IMG/VR virus record: IMGVR_UViG_3300043416_000175
Span: 1-24,527 of that record
Strand: one strand, 5' to 3'
DNA: 24,527 nucleotides
From: a virus
Lineage: Duplodnaviria > Caudoviricetes
This document shows, piece by piece, positions 1-7,228 of the stretch. The notes beneath the pieces are model-generated. The model saw only the letters and a program-made list of their open reading frames with translations. It searched no databases and was not told where the DNA came from. Position numbers and translations under genes: made by a program. Numbering within the stretch: position 1 is the stretch's first letter; the number at the start of each line of letters is the position of its first letter.

Positions 1-1853
1 ATCTTGGCTTGCACTTCTTGTGGCATCAACTGAGCCTCGACAGTTAACTTGGTAGCCTCTGCCCGATTCTGTTCTGCCTGAGTAGTATTGACCGCAATCT
101 GTGCTTGTGCCGCTTGCATTGCCAATTGTTGTTGCACTTGTTGCATTTGTTGCGCTTGTGGGTCAGGTTGAGCCATCTTCTCCAACATAGCAATCAGTTC
201 CATCCTGTTAGACAGACTCGAATTAGCCAAAATGCCTTTCAATATCACAGGCAAGACAGGAGTATTCGGCCCCAGAGTCTGCAACAAGCCAATAAACTGT
301 TGTTGTTCGTACTCTCTAGCAATAATTCCCAAAGTTGCCGTAGGAATGAAGTTCATATCCACAGAAGGATAACGCTCTGGGTCAAACTGCATGAACCTGA
401 AAGCCGCCTTCTTGATAAACGGGATCAAGAAATCTTCTTGGAAGTTCACCAAAGTGCGTTTGTACTTCTTGATGATAGAGGCAACAGCCATAGACATACC
501 GCCTTGACCACCATCTCTAGCCACATTGCTAATCATGCCTTGGGAATCAAGAGTTCCCGTTGCTTGTAACAACATACGCTCAAAGTCTTTAGCCGTAGCC
601 AAGTTGTTGGGGTCAGTTTGACCGAACTTGAAGGGGTAGAGAATCTCTGAAGGTGCGCCATTGGTAAGGATTGCCTTGCCAGGCTTCACCTCAAACTTCA
701 TTCCTCTTGGCAAACGGGTAGCGTCCATTGCAATCATGGGGCTAGTAGTCAGCGCAAGAGAATCTAGGTGTGAGCGAGTCTGTGCGTCAATAGCCTTTTG
801 CATATTGAACGCCTTCTCTACTGTTCCTCTGCCTAACAATCGGTTCGGTACTGTGTCATCCTGATAGGTCAAGACGGGACGATCCTTCATCATGTAGGGA
901 TTGGCTTCAGCCTTTAGCAGTTGCCCATCATTGGCAATGACAACAATGGCTTCTACTAGATCAGAATATTCCTCTGCCTCAGAGTTATCTGGGAAAAGGT
1001 CAACAATCTCTTTGTTTTCCTCAAGATTCTCTAGGTATTCCCTTGGGACAAGACCATAGTAGGTCAGGAGAAGAACCTTCTCATCTTGGTATTGGCTTAC
1101 CTCTTGGGTAGGCTCTAGGTCAGAATCGTCACCAGTAGTGGTAATGTTTACCTTGCGGTAAATTCCAGCCTCAATGCCTTGCACTATCTTGTGGATAGAG
1201 ACATACTTCTCAATTGCCACACCCATACAGTCATTTACGCTAGTTCCGTTGGGATCGAACAAGAAGTTCTTTGGGTTTACAGGAGAAATCTTGACCGCAA
1301 TTCTGTCTCTCTCTAACACTCCAATAGCCGCTTGCCCCATTTGGTTAGGGATTGGCTGAGTCGCTGGGACATACTCCGTCTCAGTCATCACCACAACTTC
1401 GCCTATGCCTGTGCCATAGATTTCAGCCATCAGTTCAATCTGATCAATGGCTTTCCTAATCTTGTCTTTCTTGAAGTCTTCCGTGAGTTGACGCTTAATC
1501 ATCTCCACATCTATGGGGTTGCCATTGACATCTTGAATGTTGTCTTCAATGTCAAAGAAATCACCCTGACCAAAGATTGCTTCCATGATCTCAGCATGAC
1601 GAGTCTCAACTGCTTGCTGAGTCGCTGGGGTAACAATACGACTACGCTCAGATTCACGGGTTTTGTCTTCTACTGCCCATTCACCACGGAAGATGCGCTC
1701 GTACTCAAGCCAATCGGGAAGGAAGTTGGTATTTCTGTAATCACGCCAACGATCACAATGGTCAACAACAAAGGCAGTTAAGTCCTTGTCAGCCTGTGTA
1801 GGCTCATCGTAACCACCTTCGTTTTCGATCTTCACTTCTTTGTCTGTTGCCAT
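1..1853 (-). CDS. Portal protein (partial, 3' end runs off the window)
   Basis: Missing from the ORF track because it is open-ended. ATG at 1853 with AAGGA SD overlapping the terL stop. Frame stays open to the window edge (MATDKEVKIENEGGYDEPTQADKDLTAFVVDHCDRWRDYR...RSRIVTPATQQAVETRHAEIMEAIF...GRGTVEKAFNMQKAID...). Ends in a Q/A-rich coiled coil as in P22/N4-type portals and lies directly downstream of terL. Confidence 0.88.
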   Translation of the reverse strand, partial: MATDKEVKIENEGGYDEPTQADKDLTAFVVDHCDRWRDYRNTNFLPDWLEYERIFRGEWAVEDKTRESERSRIVTPATQQAVETRHAEIMEAIFGQGDFFDIEDNIQDVNGNPIDVEMIKRQLTEDFKKDKIRKAIDQIELMAEIYGTGIGEVVVMTETEYVPATQPIPNQMGQAAIGVLERDRIAVKISPVNPKNFLFDPNGTSVNDCMGVAIEKYVSIHKIVQGIEAGIYRKVNITTTGDDSDLEPTQEVSQYQDEKVLLLTYYGLVPREYLENLEENKEIVDLFPDNSEAEEYSDLVEAIVVIANDGQLLKAEANPYMMKDRPVLTYQDDTVPNRLLGRGTVEKAFNMQKAIDAQTRSHLDSLALTTSPMIAMDATRLPRGMKFEVKPGKAILTNGAPSEILYPFKFGQTDPNNLATAKDFERMLLQATGTLDSQGMISNVARDGGQGGMSMAVASIIKKYKRTLVNFQEDFLIPFIKKAAFRFMQFDPERYPSVDMNFIPTATLGIIAREYEQQQFIGLLQTLGPNTPVLPVILKGILANSSLSNRMELIAMLEKMAQPDPQAQQMQQVQQQLAMQAAQAQIAVNTTQAEQNRAEATKLTVEAQLMPQEVQAK

Positions 1854-1862
1854 TTGTTGTCC

Positions 1863-3122
1863 TTACACACCGCTAATTATGTCAACTGGCTCCCACTCAT
1901 CTTCTTGGTCATCCTCAAAGTAGGAGGTAACAGCCAATTGATCTATGTAACTTAGCGCATCTGGCAAGTCATCATGCACTCCAATGGCGGGAAATAAAAG
2001 AAGTTGATCTTTAAATTCATCCCAATCCTCCTCAGAGTTCAGCACAATACGCCCATGCTCAAATCGACCTTGGAGGCTCCAGATAATTCTGTCAGCCTTT
2101 TTCCTGTTGCCATGCGTTAAGTCAACTATGTGGGAATATACATTATTTTTACGCATAAGGTCAGATAAATACGGCAAAACTGCGTTTTTTAATGCCCCTC
2201 GCTCAATTCCAACAGCCAAAGGTCTGTAATCCCTCATCTTCATCAGGATGGTTGCCGCAGTCTCACGAATGTCCCAACGCCCATAGACAATCTCTTTGAC
2301 AAACCACTTGCCATCATCCGTTACCTTGACCACAGCAATAGCCGTCTGATCTAGCCTTTTCTTGGAATTAGCCGCTTGTTTGGCAACTTCCTCAAATCCT
2401 GCCAAGTCAATGGCTAAGTAGTAACTGCCGTACTGAGGTTCTTCCCCATACTTGATCCATTCTTCCTTAAACACATTGCTACCAGCATTGGTGAAGGATG
2501 CCATGTACTCTTGCTTGAAGGCAAAGGTAGACAGGGTTTTTTTGGCAGACTCAATCTCAGTTGGGTCGATCAAAGGGTTGTCTTTGGTGGTGAAGTGCCA
2601 AGACTTCCAATCGGCATCATCTTCAGACTGCCCTAACTTGTACAGGTCATAGAACCAGTTTCTGCCCTTTGGCGTACCAATGAACATGGCTCTGCCCTTT
2701 TTGTCTGACAGAGAAGCCCTGATTACTTGCTCCCACGCTTCAGGCTTAATGTCTGCCACCTCGTCTAGTACGGCATAGGTAAGAGACACACCCCGTAAGG
2801 TATCAGGTCTATCAGCACCACGGACATAGATAGTCGCACCATTAATCGTTGTTATATCCTGATTGTTGATATGAGCATTCTGGATCACCTCTCGCCCCAA
2901 CTCCATCAGGACTTGCCAAATAATCTGCCTAGCCTGTCCATTGGTGGGTGCCACATACAAAACAGCTGATCCAGCTGGACAACGCAAGGCTTCGATCAAA
3001 AGGGTGACTGCTGCCATCCTAGATTTGCCGCACCTTCGGCCTGCGGCGATAACCTTGAACCTCGTCTTATCCTTGAAGACCTCTTCTTGCCAAGGGAGAA
3101 GAGAGAAGTTTAGATCGCTCAT
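1863..3122 (-). CDS. terL: Terminase large subunit
   Basis: Q-motif (LLPWQ), Walker A AGRRCGKS, Walker B AVLDE, coupling motif GTP(KG), RNase H-like nuclease with IDLA and HDDLPDA. Confidence 0.96.
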   Translation of the reverse strand: MSDLNFSLLPWQEEVFKDKTRFKVIAAGRRCGKSRMAAVTLLIEALRCPAGSAVLYVAPTNGQARQIIWQVLMELGREVIQNAHINNQDITTINGATIYVRGADRPDTLRGVSLTYAVLDEVADIKPEAWEQVIRASLSDKKGRAMFIGTPKGRNWFYDLYKLGQSEDDADWKSWHFTTKDNPLIDPTEIESAKKTLSTFAFKQEYMASFTNAGSNVFKEEWIKYGEEPQYGSYYLAIDLAGFEEVAKQAANSKKRLDQTAIAVVKVTDDGKWFVKEIVYGRWDIRETAATILMKMRDYRPLAVGIERGALKNAVLPYLSDLMRKNNVYSHIVDLTHGNRKKADRIIWSLQGRFEHGRIVLNSEEDWDEFKDQLLLFPAIGVHDDLPDALSYIDQLAVTSYFEDDQEDEWEPVDIISGV

Positions 3123-3613
3123 TCGATTGAATAGTCAGGGGATGAGAACGGGTCTTTGTAAAACGGGCTTTCTACTTTTCCATCAGACTTGCTCCAATTC
3201 ATAGCCTTGTCTAGGGTATCTAGACCAATTTCATCAGGGTCTACCTTGTATTGGCGCATAAAAAACTCTTTCCATGCCGTAGGATGAGTTGGGTCTTTTA
3301 GCATCTTTCCTTCTGGCGTTGACGAAAAGAAGTGCGGTCTGTTGTCTGTTTTGCTAATGCTTTCTTGCATACCAGCTTTGTATGCGCCTCTGTAATCGTA
3401 ATCAGAGTTCTTGAGAACCATATCAAGCACTCGATTGCTATCCATCTTGTCTACTGGCATCTTGTTCTCAGCCGCAATATCACCCTTGATGGAGTTAAAC
3501 AACTGCGTTGATTGCAACCAATTGCGAAACTTTGGCTCTTCGCTAGGTGGCAAGGTAGTAGGACTCCAAGGAGTCTTCTTAAATTCTTGGTATTGATTAA
3601 TCCAATCAGCCAT
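3119..3613 (-). CDS. Hypothetical protein between terS and terL (about 164 aa)
   Basis: Likely start ATG at 3613 (MADWINQ) overlapping the end of terS, with GGAGG upstream. ATGA overlap with the terL start. Motifs DYDYRGAYKAG and LKDPTHPTAWKE. Confidence 0.8.
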   Translation of the reverse strand: MADWINQYQEFKKTPWSPTTLPPSEEPKFRNWLQSTQLFNSIKGDIAAENKMPVDKMDSNRVLDMVLKNSDYDYRGAYKAGMQESISKTDNRPHFFSSTPEGKMLKDPTHPTAWKEFFMRQYKVDPDEIGLDTLDKAMNWSKSDGKVESPFYKDPFSSPDYSIE

Positions 3614-3911
3614 TCTTATCCTCCACATCTTCAGCTTCTATCGTATGGGCATGGTTCACTTCACCAATGCCAGTGATATTAATCGTCACTGCGCCGCGTT
3701 GCGCTTTGTCTTTCTCAAACATGCTGACCGGCAGCGTCCGGTCCATGCACATCTTTAGCGCTGCCATCTGTCCGGGATGCTCATCATTTAGCGCAATGTC
3801 GATGACTTTTTGCGCTACCTGCTTGCCGCCGGACTTCAACATCAACTCTTTAAGTTCTTTAACTTTTTGATAGTCAGTCTTTGGCAGTACTTTTGGTGGC
3901 CTATAACTCAT
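3606..3911 (-). CDS. terS: Probable terminase small subunit
   Basis: 101 aa at the head of the packaging operon. Two-helix core (AQKVIDIALNDEHPGQMAALKMCMDR) followed by a C-terminal beta strand (AVTINITGI), typical of TerS oligomerisation domains. Confidence 0.65.
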   Translation of the reverse strand: MSYRPPKVLPKTDYQKVKELKELMLKSGGKQVAQKVIDIALNDEHPGQMAALKMCMDRTLPVSMFEKDKAQRGAVTINITGIGEVNHAHTIEAEDVEDKNG

Positions 3912-4012
3912 AGCTGCGTACTATAACTCCATTTTCCTTTTTATGTGGGTAGGTGGCTCCATCAAAAGTTTCATCGTAGCCAATACCCCTCCCCCCGTGT
4001 CAACTATTCCAC

Positions 4013-4212
4013 GCGGCAGGCGGCCAGGCGCCGCACGGCCAGCGGCAGGCGGCCGGCAGCCGGCGCGCCATGTGGGCCATGTGGGCCATGTGGCCAGCGA
4101 ATTCGGACCGGCAGGAAACCGGCCAGGCGGCCGGCAGCCGGGCGCCGGCAGCTACCAGCTACCGCGCCATGCACTGGCCAGCTATCGGGCCGGCAGCGGC
4201 CAGCCGGAGGCC
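4013..4212. repeat. GC-rich low-complexity repeat block
   Basis: CAGGCGGCCGGCAGCCGG at 4046-4063 and 4124-4141; GCGGCAGGCGGCC at 4013-4025 and 4042-4054; tandem CAGCTAC; (CATGTGGGC)2CATGTGGCC at 4069-4095. Confidence 0.9.
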
Positions 4213-4243
4213 AAATGCACGATAGAAAAAAGCTATAGGCACC

Positions 4244-4450
4244 TTAAAGCTCATAATTTTGCACTATCTTGATATTTTCGGGCCGCATGCCTGGCCGATA
4301 GCCCATGGTATGAAGGTGGTGGTATATAACGATCAATTCATTGAAACCACGCGAAAGATCACCACCACCGGCGGCGCGAATAATCGCGCGCTGCGCGGTC
4401 GTCAGCGATCGGCGTAGTTCTTTCGTGTCGGGCTTACAAGGTCGGGCCAT
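4244..4450 (-). CDS. Small basic protein, possible DNA-binding regulator (68 aa)
   Basis: MARPCKPDTKELRRSLT...AAGGGDLSRGFNELI has an ARP-K basic N-terminus and a strand-helix-helix pattern. A -10 box TAGAAT (4457-4462) lies 6 nt before the ATG, suggesting a leaderless mRNA. Confidence 0.55.
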   Translation of the reverse strand: MARPCKPDTKELRRSLTTAQRAIIRAAGGGDLSRGFNELIVIYHHLHTMGYRPGMRPENIKIVQNYEL

Positions 4451-4462
4451 GGCCGCATTCTA

Positions 4463-4700
4463 CATTTGTGGGTCATGTGGGCCATGTGGCCACGCGTTTT
4501 TAATCGCTGGCCTCTCACGGAATATTTACGCGGCCATATATTCTTGTAATACTATATATATATATATATATATTTCATGGATAAAATAAAAACATAGCCC
4601 ACATGGCCCACAAATGCCGATAACCCGCATGTTTATTGGCTCCGCGTGTGGGTCATGTCGTCAAAAAACGTGACCCACACGCGGCCACACGTGACCCACA
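4463..4700. repeat. Inverted 9-bp repeat arrays flanking an AT-rich core; candidate replication origin
   Basis: 25-bp inverted repeat at 4463-4487 / 4592-4616 (2 mismatches) around (TA)10 at 4553-4572. 17-bp inverted repeat at 4642-4658 / 4668-4684. Extra ACGTGACCCACA copy at 4689-4700. Confidence 0.75.
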
Positions 4701-4733
4701 AACTATTAGGGAAAACACTTAGCAAAATAATGC

Positions 4734-4761
4734 TTGACAACGTAAGGAATTATCTTACAAT
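4734..4761 (+). promoter_or_regulatory. Sigma70-type early promoter with an internal palindrome
   Basis: TTGACA (4734-4739), 16-bp spacer, TACAAT (4756-4761), A-rich sequence upstream. GTAAG-N7-CTTAC inverted repeat at 4742-4758. Confidence 0.75.
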
Positions 4762-4816
4762 AATTACACCGGGCGCCGGAAACCTCAGTAACACTAACCT
4801 AAACGAAAGTAAAAAC

Positions 4817-5101
4817 ATGACACTAATAGAAAAACAAGCACTGGCCGCCAGCTACGCTAACGCATGGCGCGCCGTCAAAGGCGGCGGCGGCGCTGGCCGG
4901 CTTATGCGCGTCGACGTAGAGCCGCATGGCTGGTTCACTATCCATTATGGTTATCCGGCTCATTCGAGCCGCGTACGCGCCGAAAAATTATTACTAGGGC
5001 TCGAAGTACTAACCAGGCGCCTATTCAACGGCGACGGCCACGTTATAGAAAATGCGGTATACCATGCGCGCGCGCTGGCCGACAACGTGAAAGGCGCCTA
5101 A
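4817..5101 (+). CDS. Early hypothetical protein (94 aa)
   Basis: ATG at 4817 follows the promoter and the repeated leader TAAACGAAAGTAAAA. The longer track ORF starting at 4646 runs through repeats and the promoter. Confidence 0.7.
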   Translation: MTLIEKQALAASYANAWRAVKGGGGAGRLMRVDVEPHGWFTIHYGYPAHSSRVRAEKLLLGLEVLTRRLFNGDGHVIENAVYHARALADNVKGA

Positions 5102-5102
5102 T

Positions 5103-5762
5103 ATGCAAGCACATCTAACCCTAAAAAGCGCGAATGTAAAAACCGGTCCGATACCCGTAAGCACTACTGAGCCCGATAGCTGCCCGGATGATTGCAAGCT
5201 AAAAAAAGAATGCTACGCAGGCAGCGGACCGCTCGCGCTACATTGGCGCGCCGTCGGCGCCGGCACGCGCGGCACGGACTGGTCGACGTTTACCGGCCAG
5301 GTCGCGCAGCTGCCCGACGGCCAGCTATGGCGGCACAATCAAGCCGGCGACCTGCCGAAAGCCGGCGGCACAATCGACGCCGCAAAGCTCGGCCAATTGG
5401 TCGCGGCCAATACTGGCCGGCGCGGTTTCACGTATTCCCACCACCGCGACGCCGACTCTATTAATTGGATACGCCATGCGAATGCATGGGGTTTTACTGT
5501 AAACCTAAGCGCTAACGACCTGGCCGACGCCGACCGGCTGGCCGACTATGCGGCCGGTCCGGTCGTCGTCGTGCTGCCGTCGACTACCACGCTCAACACA
5601 ACGACGCCGGCCGGCCGCGCCGTCGTGATCTGCCCGGCCATACAACGCGACGACGTGACGTGTGCAAGCTGCCAGCTATGCCAGCGGCAGCGCTCGACAA
5701 TTGTCGGTTTCCCCGCGCACGGCACGCGAAAGCGCGTTATTGATATTAAGCTGGCCGCCTAG
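5103..5762 (+). CDS. Gp88-like (radical-SAM-like) Cys-motif protein
   Basis: N-x-K-T-G start, CPDDCKLKKECYA (CxxxCx5C), RHNQAGD, FTYSH, VNLS and a C-terminal CPA...CASCQLC...GFPAHG. This pattern resembles the phage Gp88-like family, recognised from memory. Confidence 0.7.
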   Translation: MQAHLTLKSANVKTGPIPVSTTEPDSCPDDCKLKKECYAGSGPLALHWRAVGAGTRGTDWSTFTGQVAQLPDGQLWRHNQAGDLPKAGGTIDAAKLGQLVAANTGRRGFTYSHHRDADSINWIRHANAWGFTVNLSANDLADADRLADYAAGPVVVVLPSTTTLNTTTPAGRAVVICPAIQRDDVTCASCQLCQRQRSTIVGFPAHGTRKRVIDIKLAA

Positions 5763-5836
5763 ATTCTCAGTGCCTGGCCGTCGCAGCGGCCACGCGCGGG
5801 TAATTTCACCCGGCAACAGTAAACGAAAGTAAAACC

Positions 5837-6031
5837 ATGACTAATCAAAAACAAATACGCGCCGCATTTTGGACCGCTCACCCTACATTACCGCGCCAAA
5901 AATACAAATGGAAAACGCAAAAAGAATCATTTTATTTAACCGACACCCGCTGCGCGTTTGTCGATTATGTCGACCAGCTGCAACGCGCCGGTGAGATAAC
6001 CGAAGCGCTCGCAAACCGCGTGACACTCTAA
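5837..6031 (+). CDS. Early hypothetical protein (64 aa)
   Basis: Preceded by the second copy of the TAAACGAAAGTAAAA leader; helical C-terminus AFVDYVDQLQRAGEIT. Confidence 0.75.
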   Translation: MTNQKQIRAAFWTAHPTLPRQKYKWKTQKESFYLTDTRCAFVDYVDQLQRAGEITEALANRVTL

Positions 6032-6042
6032 GGGGCCACACA

Positions 6043-6282
6043 ATGATTAAAATTATGCGAGCAAAATACCCTGGCCGCTGCAGCCGCACCGGCGCGCCAA
6101 TACGGCCAGGCGACGAGATAGCTTATGACACGGCCACACGGACCGCCTATATAACCTGCGAAGACGACGCGCAGGAAATAAACACTATCACGTTAAACGA
6201 CCAGGGCCGCTACCGCACGTTTACCCGTAACGCGCGCGGCCGCTGCGAGGACGCGCCGTGCTGCGGTTGCTGCACAATCTAA
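6043..6282 (+). CDS. Cys-rich hypothetical protein (79 aa)
   Basis: AAGGGG SD; AKYPGRCxxTG N-terminus and RCEDAPCCGCC C-terminus. Confidence 0.75.
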   Translation: MIKIMRAKYPGRCSRTGAPIRPGDEIAYDTATRTAYITCEDDAQEINTITLNDQGRYRTFTRNARGRCEDAPCCGCCTI

Positions 6283-6291
6283 GGGGCCACT

Positions 6292-6483
6292 ATGTTTAGC
6301 ACCTACTTAAGATTAAACCTGCCCGTATGGGCTAGCAGCCGCGACGTTATCCGGGCGACTTATGGCCGGCTTATGCCGGTAGCACGCGCGAGGGCCCACC
6401 GGGCGCCGCGCCATGCTATTTTGCGCGACATGCTGGCCCACCACGCGGCCGCGCAGGACCTACACGCGAGGGCCACGCAATGA
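6292..6483 (+). CDS. Arg-rich hypothetical protein (63 aa)
   Basis: AAGGGG SD; ATGA coupling to the next ORF. Confidence 0.7.
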   Translation: MFSTYLRLNLPVWASSRDVIRATYGRLMPVARARAHRAPRHAILRDMLAHHAAAQDLHARATQ

Positions 6484-6635
6484 CCTACTACACCACCAAG
6501 GCCGCCGCGCAGGCGCTGGCCGACTCGCTGGCCGCGCAGGATGCCGACGCCTGGCGCTATGAAGTACAAGCTGGCCCGCGCGGCTTTTATGTGGCCGTTT
6601 TTGATTTTGATAATTATTTTTTAGGGAACCTATGA
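6480..6635 (+). CDS. Hypothetical protein (51 aa, below the track cutoff)
   Basis: MTYYTTKAAAQALADSLAAQDADAWRYEVQAGPRGFYVAVFDFDNYFLGNL; ATGA overlaps at both ends. Confidence 0.7.
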   Translation: MTYYTTKAAAQALADSLAAQDADAWRYEVQAGPRGFYVAVFDFDNYFLGNL

Positions 6636-6709
6636 GACACATCACAATTTTTATTTATTTGGCCGCGCTGGCCGTGCTAGCGCTTGATTTATTTATATGG
6701 AGAATCTAA
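6632..6709 (+). CDS. Small single-pass membrane peptide (25 aa)
   Basis: MRHITIFIYLAALAVLALDLFIWRI; ATGA coupled to the upstream ORF and fills the gap to the next gene. Confidence 0.6.
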   Translation: MRHITIFIYLAALAVLALDLFIWRI

Positions 6710-6711
6710 CC

Positions 6712-7002
6712 ATGCAAACGATAACAATAGGGAAAACACGATATACGACCAAACGCGAAGATATATTCGCGCATCATGCCAAATGCACCGGTAAACATAA
6801 GCGCGTTAAATCTAAGGGAGCGGAGCGTCGGTTTTATCCGGTTTACTTTGACGACATGAGCACGGCCGACTATGTGGCCAAATACGAGAGTCTAAACCAT
6901 GTAAAACACTTGCTGCCGGTAGCTTGGGACCAGTTGCGCGAGTTGCCGTGCCTGCCGCCGGTAGGTGAAGATAGCTACAGCGAGGCGGCCGACAATGAAT
7001 AA
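6712..7002 (+). CDS. Hypothetical protein (96 aa)
   Basis: GGAG at 6699-6702 supports the ATG at 6712 (MQTITIGK). Confidence 0.7.
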   Translation: MQTITIGKTRYTTKREDIFAHHAKCTGKHKRVKSKGAERRFYPVYFDDMSTADYVAKYESLNHVKHLLPVAWDQLRELPCLPPVGEDSYSEAADNE

Positions 7003-7228
7003 CATCCCTAAAATTTTGCAGGATGCGTTACGGCCCTTCGCGCCGCCGCCGGCGCCTAAACCCTCGCCGACTGAATTAGTGATCCGCGCCTTGGTGCTAG
7101 GACTAACCGCGCCAAACGCGAAAGCCGCGCAGCAGTGCGCCGACATGGCCGAAGAATTCGCGCAGGGTTTAACCGATGACCAGGTGGAGCAGTGCAAAGC
7201 CGCAGCAATGAAGGGGGCCGGCTTATGA
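6995..7228 (+). CDS. Hypothetical protein (77 aa)
   Basis: ATG at 6995 (MNNIPKILQDALRPFAPP) with GAGG upstream; overlaps both neighbours. Confidence 0.7.
   Translation: MNNIPKILQDALRPFAPPPAPKPSPTELVIRALVLGLTAPNAKAAQQCADMAEEFAQGLTDDQVEQCKAAAMKGAGL

Noticed and set aside
105-3596. Plus-strand ORFs over portal and terL (e.g. 105-569, 1332-1781)
   Set aside because: Antisense shadows of well-supported minus-strand genes, with no RBS or motif support.
3943-4272. ORFs 3943-4272 and 3945-4238
   Set aside because: Translations of the GC-rich repeat block (HVGHVGHV, PCGPCGPC); stops are absent because of composition.
4553-4572. (TA)10 as eukaryotic contamination or an assembly join
   Set aside because: It is enclosed by a 25-bp inverted repeat built from the same 9-mer found on both sides, so it looks integral. 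The exact run length may still be unreliable.
4069-4700. Repeats as a CRISPR or mini-CRISPR array, given the Cas4-like gene
   Set aside because: Units are 9 bp, tandem or inverted, with no regular unique spacers. The Cas4-like gene sits in an ordinary replication module with no other cas genes.
4646-4816. N-terminal extension of the 151-aa track ORF
   Set aside because: Runs through the repeats and the promoter; ATG 4817 has the repeated leader.
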